From positions 99,651 through 163,650 of the forward strand of contig JBAZGN010000005.1 of the NCBI GenBank assembly GCA_041652815.1: a DNA stretch of 64,000 bases, written 5' to 3'. Shown here one piece after another: positions 49,316 through 57,539 of this stretch (the first letter of the stretch is position 1; each line of letters opens with the position of its first letter). The position numbers were made by a program, and so were the translations under genes. The stretch comes from Candidatus Omnitrophota bacterium. GTDB taxonomy: Bacteria > Omnitrophota > Gorgyraeia > Duberdicusellales > 4484-171. The notes under the pieces are model-generated. The model saw only the letters and a program-made list of their open reading frames with translations. It made no database searches and was not told the DNA's origin.

Positions 49316-49393
49316 CTTTGTTCCACATACCCAAGACAAAACATAATAATAAGCCTAACTTCCTGCCCTCAAGTAGGTTGCAATAATTCTGTA

Positions 49394-49456
49394 GGTAACC
49401 TTCGTAACTTTCGTAACCTACGTAACCTTCGTAACCAGAGCCAACAGGCTCTTCTA
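49394..49456. repeat. Family A array (GGTAACCTTCGTAAC units, inverted orientation) plus a GC hairpin.
   Basis: Five tandem 9-mers GTAACNTNC, then AGAGCCAACAGGCTCT. Confidence 0.7.
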
Positions 49457-49462
49457 TTACTC

Positions 49463-49492
49463 CCTTGACACCCAAAAAAACAATGATACACT
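49463..49492 (+). promoter_or_regulatory. Putative promoter giving a near-leaderless hup transcript.
   Basis: CTTGACACCC, 17 nt, TACACT; the ATG at 49499 is ~7 nt after the -10. Confidence 0.35.
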
Positions 49493-49498
49493 AAACCT

Positions 49499-49771
49499 AT
49501 GCGTAAACGTGATATTGTCCTAAAAATAAGCCAAAATACAGGCATTAAGCAGGTTGTGGTCAGGGATATTGTCCAGCATACCTTTGACACCATTTTTGAG
49601 GCGCTTAAAAACGGGGAACGCATAGAATTAAGGAATTTTGGGGTTTTCCAGGTAAAGAAAAGAAAGAAAAGAATCGGCAGAAACCCTAAAACAGGGGAAG
49701 TTATCCCAGTTCCGGAAAGGCATACCGTAGTATTTAAGCCTGGCCTTGAGATGAAGCAACTCATTAAATAA
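49499..49771 (+). CDS. hup: HU/IHF-family DNA-binding protein.
   Basis: The whole 90-aa sequence matches the HU/IHF fold (GFGxF arm motif NFGVFQV...R.GRNPKTGE). Confidence 0.8.
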   Translation: MRKRDIVLKISQNTGIKQVVVRDIVQHTFDTIFEALKNGERIELRNFGVFQVKKRKKRIGRNPKTGEVIPVPERHTVVFKPGLEMKQLIK

Positions 49772-49784
49772 TCCCGCACCTTCA

Positions 49785-51077
49785 ATGATAAAAACCTATA
49801 AAAGTATAAGGGGAACTTATGATTTTAGCCCCGCAGAAACCTACCTGTTTAATCAAATAGCCGAAAAGGCAAGGCATATTTTTGCTTTGTACGGTTATGA
49901 CGAAATTATTCTTCCGTTTCTTGAGGAAGAAGGTGTTTTTATAAGAAGCGTTGGCGAGACTACAGACATCGTCGAAAAACAAATTTTTAGAATTGCCAAA
50001 CGCTCTGAAACTGATTCCGACATCGTGTTAAGGCCCGAAGGAACCGCGCAGGTTGTAAGGTATTACCTCGAGCATGCTCTTTATAAACAAAGCGACTTTA
50101 ATAAATTTTCCTACATCGGAGCGATGTTTAGGGGAGAGCGGCCGCAAAAGGGAAGGCTTCGTCAGTTCCACCATATCGGCGCAGAAGCAATGGGCTCAGA
50201 CAGCATTTTTCTTGATGCGGAAATGATTTCATTGAGCCTTAAGTTGCTGGATGAAATAGGCATTACCGAAAGAAAACTTAATATAAATACTTTAGGCTGC
50301 CAGGCAGATAAAGAAAAATTTATGAGTCTGCTTAAGAAAGATTTATCCGCCAGGCGCAATGAGCTTTGCCCGGATTGCCAAAGAAGGCTTCTTAAAAATC
50401 CTTTAAGGATACTTGATTGCAAGCAGGAACACTGTAAGAAAATAGCGGTTTCTTTTTGTCTTTCTGAAACCAGCGGCAAAACTTATCTTTGCAAGGATTG
50501 CGATAGCAAATTTCAGGAACTGTTAAAATTGTTTAAAAGCTCAAATATAGATTATGTTTATAATCCCTGCCTTGTCCGAGGGCTTGATTATTATACAAAT
50601 ACGGTTTTTGAAATTACCTCATCTAGCTTGGGATCGCAAGATGCAATCGGCGCCGGCGGCAGATATAATAATTTAATAAAAAATCTGGGCGGACCGGACA
50701 TACCGGCTTGCGGTTTTGCGCTTGGCGTTGAAAGGGTTATGCTTGCGTTAAATAAAAGCCAAGCGCAAATTGCGCCTGATGTTTTTATCGCGGTAACCGG
50801 AGAAAATTTACGTGATGAATCTTTCAAAATGCTTCAGGTTCTGCGGGCTGCCAACGTGCATTGCGATATGGACTATTGCGCAAAATCACTTAAAGGGCAG
50901 CTGCGCTATGCCGAGAAAAAGGGCATTAATTTTGTTTTAATTGTCGCTGAAGAAGAATACAGTCAAGGATTTGTTATCCTGAAAAATATGGAAGCATCTT
51001 CCCAGGAAAAAATAAAAATAGGAGACCTCACTGAGGTAGTACGCGGGGTTGTAGCAGACGGAGAAGGAATAGCGTAA
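49785..51077 (+). CDS. hisS: Histidyl-tRNA synthetase.
   Basis: Class II motifs and HisRS-specific blocks (YIGAMFRGERPQKGR, GGRYNNL). Carries a Cys-rich insertion CPDC...CKQEHC...CKDC. Confidence 0.9.
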   Translation: MIKTYKSIRGTYDFSPAETYLFNQIAEKARHIFALYGYDEIILPFLEEEGVFIRSVGETTDIVEKQIFRIAKRSETDSDIVLRPEGTAQVVRYYLEHALYKQSDFNKFSYIGAMFRGERPQKGRLRQFHHIGAEAMGSDSIFLDAEMISLSLKLLDEIGITERKLNINTLGCQADKEKFMSLLKKDLSARRNELCPDCQRRLLKNPLRILDCKQEHCKKIAVSFCLSETSGKTYLCKDCDSKFQELLKLFKSSNIDYVYNPCLVRGLDYYTNTVFEITSSSLGSQDAIGAGGRYNNLIKNLGGPDIPACGFALGVERVMLALNKSQAQIAPDVFIAVTGENLRDESFKMLQVLRAANVHCDMDYCAKSLKGQLRYAEKKGINFVLIVAEEEYSQGFVILKNMEASSQEKIKIGDLTEVVRGVVADGEGIA

Positions 51078-51096
51078 AAAAATATTTTGATATTCA

Positions 51097-51202
51097 GGTT
51101 ACGAAAGTTACGAAGGTTACGCAGGTTACGAATGTTACAATAAATCAAGTGTTTCAAGTGTAACTTTCGTAACATTCGTAACTTCCCGTAACATCCGTAA
51201 CC
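51097..51202. repeat. Family A long palindrome: five GGTTACGAA 9-mers, a ~25-nt centre, then five inverted 9-mers.
   Basis: GGTTACGAAAGTTACGAAGGTTACGCAGGTTACGAATGTTACA ... TGTAACTTTCGTAACATTCGTAACTTCCCGTAACATCCGTAACC. Confidence 0.8.
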
Positions 51203-51216
51203 TAAAAAAGGGACTT

Positions 51217-52599
51217 ATGTTAAGAACACATACATGCGGAGAGCTTAACCAGGATAATTTAAATCAGGAAGTGGTTTTGTGCGGCTGGGTGCATTCGCGC
51301 CGCGACCACGGTAAACTGATTTTTATCGACATAAGAGATAGATACGGTATTACGCAGGTTGTATTTTTCCCAAAACCAAACAAAGAAACTTACGAAAAAG
51401 CCAAGAGCCTGCGCAGCGAAGATGTAATTAAGGTTAAGGGGCCAGTTAATTTACGGCCTAAAGGAACTGAAAATCCTAAGCTTAAAACAGGTTTCGTCGA
51501 AATAGGTGGCCTCGAGCTTGAAATTATAAATTCATCATTGGATTTGCCTTTTCCTATTGATGATACAATTGAACCCGGAGAAGAAGTAAAGCTTACTTAT
51601 CGTTATCTTGATTTGCGCCGGCCAAAGACACTTGAAAAAATGGTTTTGCGGCATAATTTTAACCAAGCCTTAAGGGAATTTTTAAACGATAAAAATTTTA
51701 TTGAAGTGGAAACACCGTTTCTTACCAAGTCTACGCCGGAAGGCGCGCGCGATTTTCTTGTTCCTTCCAGGCTTAGCCCTAATAAGTTTTACGCGCTTCC
51801 GCAGTCACCGCAGCTTTTCAAACAGATTCTTATGGTTGCCGGCTTTGACAGATATTATCAGGTGGTTAGGTGTTTCAGGGACGAGGATTTAAGGAAAGAC
51901 CGCCAGCCGGAATTTACCCAGCTTGATATTGAAATGTCTTTTGTCGATGAAGATGATATAATTTCACTGATGGAATCTTTTATTGCCTATACTTTCAAAA
52001 AAGTCCTGGGTAAAGAAATAAAAACCCCTTTCTTAAGAATACCTTACACTGAGGCAATGGAAAAATATAAGAGCGATAAGCCTGATGTGGGCGAAGGCGA
52101 ATACCGTTTTTGCTGGGTAGTGGATTTTCCGCTTTTCGAATATAATGATGAAGAGAAAAAATGGCAGTCATGCCATCACCCTTTTACCTCTCCAAAAATT
52201 GACAGCCTTGAGCTTCTCGATGGAGATTTGTCAAAAGTGAAAGCCCGCGCTTACGACCTTATCTTAAACGGAGAAGAAATTGCCGGCGGCTCAATAAGAA
52301 TACATTCTTCGCAATTACAACAAAAAATATTTTCTATTTTAGGCATATCCGAAGAGGATGCTAAGCATAAATTCGGGTTTTTGCTGGATGCTTTTAAGTA
52401 TGGCGCGCCAATACACGGCGGTATAGCTTTTGGTTTGGACAGGCTTTATGCAATTATTACAAAATCGGACAGCATAAGGGAAGTTATAGCGTTTCCCAAA
52501 ACACAAAAAGGAGTTTGCCTTTTATCGGACGCGCCGTCACAGGTTGAGCCTAAGCAGCTTAAGGAAATTTACATAAAGATGATAGAGGAAGAAAAGTAA
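51217..52599 (+). CDS. aspS: Aspartyl-tRNA synthetase, bacterial-type core lacking the GAD insertion domain.
   Basis: QSPQLFKQILMVAGFDRYYQVVRCFRDEDLRKDRQPEFTQLDIEMSF; 460 aa rather than ~590. Confidence 0.9.
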   Translation: MLRTHTCGELNQDNLNQEVVLCGWVHSRRDHGKLIFIDIRDRYGITQVVFFPKPNKETYEKAKSLRSEDVIKVKGPVNLRPKGTENPKLKTGFVEIGGLELEIINSSLDLPFPIDDTIEPGEEVKLTYRYLDLRRPKTLEKMVLRHNFNQALREFLNDKNFIEVETPFLTKSTPEGARDFLVPSRLSPNKFYALPQSPQLFKQILMVAGFDRYYQVVRCFRDEDLRKDRQPEFTQLDIEMSFVDEDDIISLMESFIAYTFKKVLGKEIKTPFLRIPYTEAMEKYKSDKPDVGEGEYRFCWVVDFPLFEYNDEEKKWQSCHHPFTSPKIDSLELLDGDLSKVKARAYDLILNGEEIAGGSIRIHSSQLQQKIFSILGISEEDAKHKFGFLLDAFKYGAPIHGGIAFGLDRLYAIITKSDSIREVIAFPKTQKGVCLLSDAPSQVEPKQLKEIYIKMIEEEK

Positions 52600-52678
52600 G
52601 CTTTCAGTTGTCAGCCGTCAGCTATCAGCAGGTTTTATAGAAGCTGAAGACTGAAAGCTGAGAGCTGACAGCTTAAAG
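52600..52678. repeat. Family G palindrome (CAGCTATCAGC / GCTGACAGC units).
   Basis: GCTTTCAGTTGTCAGCCGTCAGCTATCAGC...GCTGAAGACTGAAAGCTGAGAGCTGACAGC. A partial relative is at 22515-22560. Confidence 0.6.
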
Positions 52679-52695
52679 CAAAAAAGGAGGGTTCC

Positions 52696-53217
52696 ATGAA
52701 GTATTTAATTGCGTTACTGGGGATTGTTTTTTTAGGCGGATGTCTTAGCAGGACTTATACCATAGAAAAACCGCGTACTAATTTAGAAATACATGGTAAT
52801 CAGGGTTATTTATTCGGCACCCCAAAAGAAGAACCCAAACCGAATAAATTCGGTGAAACAAGAAAAGTTTCAGTACTTGAAGTGGAGCTGGGTGCGCATC
52901 CAAGAAAAAAAGCCAAAAAAGAAGAAGTAAAACCACAAGAAGAAATGGTTGTTGAAGAAGAAATTATTGAAGAAGAACCAATGGTTGAAGAGCCTTTGGC
53001 TGCCTCTGAGGCAAAGTATGAATTATATACCGTCCAGAAAAATGATACTCTTCAGAAAATTTCAGAAAAATTCTACGGAACAACGAAAAAATGGAAAATG
53101 ATTTATGATAATAACCGGGATGTGTTAAAAACTCCGGATAGAGTTTATCCCGGCAAAACCATAAAGATACCTATTTTGAGCAATAAAGCGCAGAATACAG
53201 ATTATCAATATAAATAA
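52696..53217 (+). CDS. LysM-domain lipoprotein.
   Basis: Lipobox LGGC; E/K-rich linker; C-terminal LysM (YTVQKNDTLQKISEKFYG...PGKTIKIP). Confidence 0.6.
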   Translation: MKYLIALLGIVFLGGCLSRTYTIEKPRTNLEIHGNQGYLFGTPKEEPKPNKFGETRKVSVLEVELGAHPRKKAKKEEVKPQEEMVVEEEIIEEEPMVEEPLAASEAKYELYTVQKNDTLQKISEKFYGTTKKWKMIYDNNRDVLKTPDRVYPGKTIKIPILSNKAQNTDYQYK

Positions 53218-53276
53218 AAAAGTTACTCTGTGCTTGTGAGTTTATCCGGTAATCCAGCCTAAGAGGCAAGGTTAGG

Positions 53277-54248
53277 ATGGAAAAGATAATCAACATTCAG
53301 GATTTTTCGCATATACGGGAAGTTTTTGGTATCGAAGACAGAAACTTAAAATTTCTTGAAAAGAGGTTTAAGGTAACGATTTCACTAAAACCGCACGGCC
53401 TTTCCATAAAGGGGCCGGGCGATAAGGTTGGGATAGTAGAAAATTTTATAAAGAAAATGATGGAATTAAGCAAGCAAGGTTTAGTTTTAAACGGAGACGA
53501 ACTCAAGGCATATGCCGGCGCGAAAAGTTTAGAAGAGGGTTTTGAATCCGGGAAGAATTTAAAAGAAGGAGAAGTCGGCATAAGAGTTTTTTCTGCGCAT
53601 AAAAAGTTTGTTTTTGCTAAAACATCCGGCCAGCAGGAATACGTAAAAGCAATGAGAGAACACGATATTGTTTTTTCGGTAGGCCCGGCAGGCACCGGTA
53701 AAACTTATCTTGCTATGGCTATGGCAGTAAATTCTCTTATGAGTAAAAAAGTAGGAAGGATAATCCTGACTCGGCCGGCGATTGAGGCCGGGGAATCGCT
53801 CGGGTTTTTACCGGGAGATATGCATGAAAAGTTAGGGCCGTATCTCAGGCCGCTTTATGATGCGCTTTACGATATGATGGAGGCAGACACAATAGAAGAC
53901 TACATAGAAACAGGGGTAATCGAGGTTGCCCCCTTGGCATATATGCGCGGAAGAACCCTGAATAACGCATTTATTATTCTTGATGAAGCGCAGAATTGTA
54001 CATCTGAACAGCTAAAAATGTTTATTACCCGTTTTGGCTTTGATTCAAAAGCTGTCATAACCGGCGACATCACGCAGAGCGACCTGCCGGGAGGCAGGCC
54101 TACAGGCCTTATGGAAGGCATTGATATTTTAAAGCCCATAAAAGATATAAGGTTTATTACGCTTGGCAGAAAAGATGTTGTAAGGCACCCGCTGGTACAA
54201 AAAATAATTCAGGCATATGAAGATTTTTTCAGAGAAAAAACAGTTTGA
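53277..54248 (+). CDS. ybeZ: PhoH-like ATPase.
   Basis: Walker A GPAGTGKTYLA, Walker B ILDEAQN, and a KH-like N-domain. Confidence 0.85.
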   Translation: MEKIINIQDFSHIREVFGIEDRNLKFLEKRFKVTISLKPHGLSIKGPGDKVGIVENFIKKMMELSKQGLVLNGDELKAYAGAKSLEEGFESGKNLKEGEVGIRVFSAHKKFVFAKTSGQQEYVKAMREHDIVFSVGPAGTGKTYLAMAMAVNSLMSKKVGRIILTRPAIEAGESLGFLPGDMHEKLGPYLRPLYDALYDMMEADTIEDYIETGVIEVAPLAYMRGRTLNNAFIILDEAQNCTSEQLKMFITRFGFDSKAVITGDITQSDLPGGRPTGLMEGIDILKPIKDIRFITLGRKDVVRHPLVQKIIQAYEDFFREKTV

Positions 54249-55581
54249 TATATTTTCACAGATTTTTTTAACGGCAATTTTTTTTATTGTTTCCGGTGTT
54301 GTATTTTTTAAATACTCAATAGATATATCGCCGCTAATATTTGCTCTCCTGCTTCTTCTATATACATTTTATTTTAAAAAAGTTGACGTGGTAATTTATC
54401 CCCACGATTTATGCCTTTTAGCTGCTTTGGCTGTATTTGTTTCCATTTTTACCGCAATTACTTTACGCCTTCCCGGGTATGCTATTCCGGCAATTGGTTT
54501 TACCATATTGATTACGCTTTTGTTCGATAGCCTGGAATTTTCTTTTCTTTTTTCGCTTTTTTTCTTTTCTCTCGGCGCCAGCATTGAAGGAGGAAATCTT
54601 TCTGTAGGTACAAGTCTGTTTGCTGGTGCGTTAAGCGCGGCCTTGTTGTCTTTTAGGGTAAGAAAAAGATTCGAAGTGATAAAAGCCGGAGTGGCTGCTG
54701 GTTTTATCCAGTTTTTAGTTGCTTTTGTTATTGAGAAAGTTAAAACCGAACAAGGTTTTGTTTCCGGTTTTCGGCCGGACCTTAATCTTTTAATAATCTG
54801 CCTTTTAAACGGAATAGCCGCGTCAGTAGTGCTCGTGATTTTGCCTATTTTCGAATATATTTTTAGAGTGGTTACGAACCCATCTTTGCTTGAGCTGTCG
54901 GACTTAAATCACCCCTTGCTGCGCAGGTTAATACTTGAAGCCCCCGGCACATACCAACACTCGCTGGTTGTTGCTAATTTAAGCGAATCTGCCGCGGAAT
55001 CAATTGGCGCTAATGCGCTTTTAGCGCGGGTTGGCTCTTATTATCATGATATCGGAAAAATGATAAAACCTAATTATTTTGTGGAAAATATTATAGGATT
55101 TAAAGATATACATAAAGACCTTAAGCCGTCAATGAGCAAGCTGATTATTACAAATCACGTAAAAGACGGAGTTGACCTTGCCAAAAAATACCGTATTAAT
55201 CCAAGGATAATTGATTTTATAAGCGAGCATCACGGAAAAACCCTTGTGTATTTTTTTTACCAGAGGGCAAAAGAGCTCGAGCCGCAGGTGCAGCATGAGG
55301 AAGAATACCGTTATGGCGGGCCTAAGCCCCAAAGCAAAGAAACTGCTATTGTTTCTCTCGCAGATACCATAGAAGCTTTATCGCGCACAGTCGATGAGCC
55401 CACGCCTTCCAGGATAGAAGAAATAGTAAGAGAAGTCGTAAGGAAAAGATTTATGGAAGGGGAACTTGACGAAAGCAACCTTACGCTCAAGGACCTTGAA
55501 AAAATCACGCAAAAGTTTACCCATGTCCTAAATGCACTTTTCCATACCCGCATAAATTACCCTAAAGATGAGCCACGCTGA
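54217..55581 (+). CDS. 7TM-receptor-coupled HD hydrolase (YqfF/PgpH-like).
   Basis: Multi-TM N-terminal half; HD domain H..VA....A..G......GLYHDIGK...HH; phoH-yqfF-ybeY synteny. Confidence 0.75.
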   Translation: MKIFSEKKQFDIFSQIFLTAIFFIVSGVVFFKYSIDISPLIFALLLLLYTFYFKKVDVVIYPHDLCLLAALAVFVSIFTAITLRLPGYAIPAIGFTILITLLFDSLEFSFLFSLFFFSLGASIEGGNLSVGTSLFAGALSAALLSFRVRKRFEVIKAGVAAGFIQFLVAFVIEKVKTEQGFVSGFRPDLNLLIICLLNGIAASVVLVILPIFEYIFRVVTNPSLLELSDLNHPLLRRLILEAPGTYQHSLVVANLSESAAESIGANALLARVGSYYHDIGKMIKPNYFVENIIGFKDIHKDLKPSMSKLIITNHVKDGVDLAKKYRINPRIIDFISEHHGKTLVYFFYQRAKELEPQVQHEEEYRYGGPKPQSKETAIVSLADTIEALSRTVDEPTPSRIEEIVREVVRKRFMEGELDESNLTLKDLEKITQKFTHVLNALFHTRINYPKDEPR

Positions 55582-56050
55582 ATTGAGAGCACTTCAGTCT
55601 TTCGAAATAACCAATCAGCAGAGAATAAAGCGAATAAAAATTAAAAATATCAGAGAGGTTTTAAATCGTATTTTACCTTTGCTGGGAATGCCCTACGCAA
55701 AGGTGTCAATTTTGTTTTGCGATAATAAATTTATCCGTAAGCTTAATAGAAAGTTTTTCAATGAGAGCGGCGTTACGGATGTAATTTCTTTTCCTTTAAA
55801 AGATGCAACTTACCCGCAATATCTGGGAGAGGTAATTATTTGCGTGGAAGAAGCAAAAAAAGCAGCTAAACTTTACGGAAATACCTGGCAGGAAGAGCTG
55901 GTTTTCTATCTCATACATGGAATTTTGCACCTTATGGGATATAATGATATAAAGAATAAACAAAAAATAATTATGGAGCGAAAACAGGAAGAAATACTTT
56001 CGAAAATATTAAAAAAGCATAAAAAGATTGTTAATAATATAGGCAAATAA
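55568..56050 (+). CDS. ybeY: Endoribonuclease YbeY.
   Basis: HGILHLMGYNDI zinc motif. Confidence 0.85.
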   Translation: MSHAELRALQSFEITNQQRIKRIKIKNIREVLNRILPLLGMPYAKVSILFCDNKFIRKLNRKFFNESGVTDVISFPLKDATYPQYLGEVIICVEEAKKAAKLYGNTWQEELVFYLIHGILHLMGYNDIKNKQKIIMERKQEEILSKILKKHKKIVNNIGK

Positions 56051-56059
56051 TTGATTAAA

Positions 56060-56210
56060 TAACCAAGCTCCAAGATACAATAACCAAACAATGACCAATA
56101 ATCAAATTCCAATAACCAAACGAAAAAGAATAAAACTGTTTGGTCATTGGTTATTGGATATTGGAATTTGTTTGTATCTTGTACCTTGGTTATTGGTTAT
56201 TTTATAAAGA
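56060..56210. repeat. Family F imperfect palindrome (CCAATAACCAAAC / GTTTGGTCATTGGTTATTGG units).
   Basis: ATAACCAAG...CCAATAACCAAAC - centre - GTTTGGTCATTGGTTATTGG...CCTTGGTTATTGGTTAT. Confidence 0.6.
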
Positions 56211-56221
56211 TTTCCTAAGCT

Positions 56222-56944
56222 ATGGTTACAAAAGATTTAGGTTTTTTATTAAAGCGTTACAATTTCAGGGAAACCAGCGTAATTGCTTCTTTCTATACGC
56301 AGAAATTCGGCAAAATTACCGGTATTTTAAAAGGGTTCTATACGCAAAAAAAAGAATTTTCCTCTCACCTGGATAGCCTTAGTTTAAATGAGCTTGTTTT
56401 TTATCCAAAGAAAAGCGATATATGGCTTGTTTCTTTTGCCGACCTTGTGTGTGATTATGATTTCTTACGCAGCGACATTTCACGGGCAGCCGTTGCGTCT
56501 ATTTTTTTGAATCTGATAGATAAAACCATGCAGCCGCTGGATAAAAATCCCGAAGTTTTTCAATTGCTTAAAGATTGCCTTTCTTCGCTTAAGGGAGAAA
56601 GCGCAAAAAAAGCTTTATATGTTTTTCTGATAAAATTTCTAACTCTTTCCGGCTTTAAGCCGGAGTTTGGAAAATGCCTCATCTGTCATAAGCCAGCAGA
56701 CGAAGAAACGCAATTTAGCGTATCCAGAGGAGGGCTGGTATGTAAAAAATGCGGCGCAAAAGAACAGGACACAAGGAAAATAGGCGCAGATACGATTGCT
56801 TCTTTATTTTATATCCAAAACAACGATTTTCCTCTGGCGCTTAGAATTAATCCGACAGTTACTTGCGAAAAAGAAATGGCTTATCTTTTACGAGAGTTTC
56901 TCTGCTGCCATTTGGATATCGATATTTCCCCTAAACTTTCATAA
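56222..56944 (+). CDS. recO: DNA repair protein RecO.
   Basis: RecO OB-fold N-terminus (LKRYNFRETSVIASFYT..GKI) and a C4 zinc motif CLICH...CKKCG. Confidence 0.8.
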   Translation: MVTKDLGFLLKRYNFRETSVIASFYTQKFGKITGILKGFYTQKKEFSSHLDSLSLNELVFYPKKSDIWLVSFADLVCDYDFLRSDISRAAVASIFLNLIDKTMQPLDKNPEVFQLLKDCLSSLKGESAKKALYVFLIKFLTLSGFKPEFGKCLICHKPADEETQFSVSRGGLVCKKCGAKEQDTRKIGADTIASLFYIQNNDFPLALRINPTVTCEKEMAYLLREFLCCHLDIDISPKLS

Positions 56945-56966
56945 AACTTCTGGTATAATAACCGCT

Positions 56967-57395
56967 ATGATTTATGAAGACAGACGCATCGACCCGCTTG
57001 AAGAAAAAGCTAAGAAAACCATAGGCAAAACATATCTTTCAAAAGATATAGATACTTCAATTCTGCAAACTATTGAATACGAATATCCCGGAAAGAAAAT
57101 AAACGTCGAATTAAGCACAACTGAATTTACTTCAATCTGCCCTTTTTCCGGCCTGCCTGATTTTGCTAACCTTACCATTAATTATGTCCCTAGGGCTAAA
57201 CTCATAGAACTTAAGTCTTTAAAGTATTATCTTTATTCTTACCGCAATATAAAAATATATAATGAGCATGTGGTAAATAAAGTAATCGAGGACTTAAAGA
57301 AAGTACTTAATCCTTACGAAATAACCATAACTGCAGAATTTACAATAAGAGGCGGCATAAAAAATAAAGTTACCGTCCACCACAAAAAGAAGTAG
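56967..57395 (+). CDS. queF: NADPH-dependent 7-cyano-7-deazaguanine reductase.
   Basis: EFTSICPFSGLPDFA catalytic Cys motif and the IELKSLKYYLYSYRN QueF motif. A TGGTATAAT extended -10 sits 8 nt upstream of the ATG. Confidence 0.8.
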   Translation: MIYEDRRIDPLEEKAKKTIGKTYLSKDIDTSILQTIEYEYPGKKINVELSTTEFTSICPFSGLPDFANLTINYVPRAKLIELKSLKYYLYSYRNIKIYNEHVVNKVIEDLKKVLNPYEITITAEFTIRGGIKNKVTVHHKKK

Positions 57396-57410
57396 AGAAT
57401 AAAGATAAAC

Positions 57411-57495
57411 AATAAATTTCTATCAATTTCATAATTTCTACCAATTTCAATTGCCGTTGAAATTCATAGAAATTCGCTTCGCGAAATTGGTTGAA
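57411..57495. repeat. Family E palindrome (AATTTC / GAAATT units).
   Basis: AATTTCTATCAATTTCATAATTTCTACCAATTTCAATTG ... TTGAAATTCATAGAAATTCGC..GCGAAATTGGTTGAAATTCATTG. Confidence 0.6.
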
Positions 57496-57539
57496 ATTCA
57501 TTGTTTAATAGGATATCTCTACTCATAAAGATATAAATT

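Noticed and set aside
56140-56376. 78-aa ORF spanning the family F repeat
   Set aside because: It starts inside the palindromic repeat and overlaps the recO start; artefact of repeat sequence.
56951-56966. Leaderless queF from an extended -10 inside the recO 3' end
   Set aside because: A TGGTATAAT match exists 8 nt before the queF ATG, but with no -35 and no RBS the evidence is too thin to call a promoter. It is only noted in the queF evidence.
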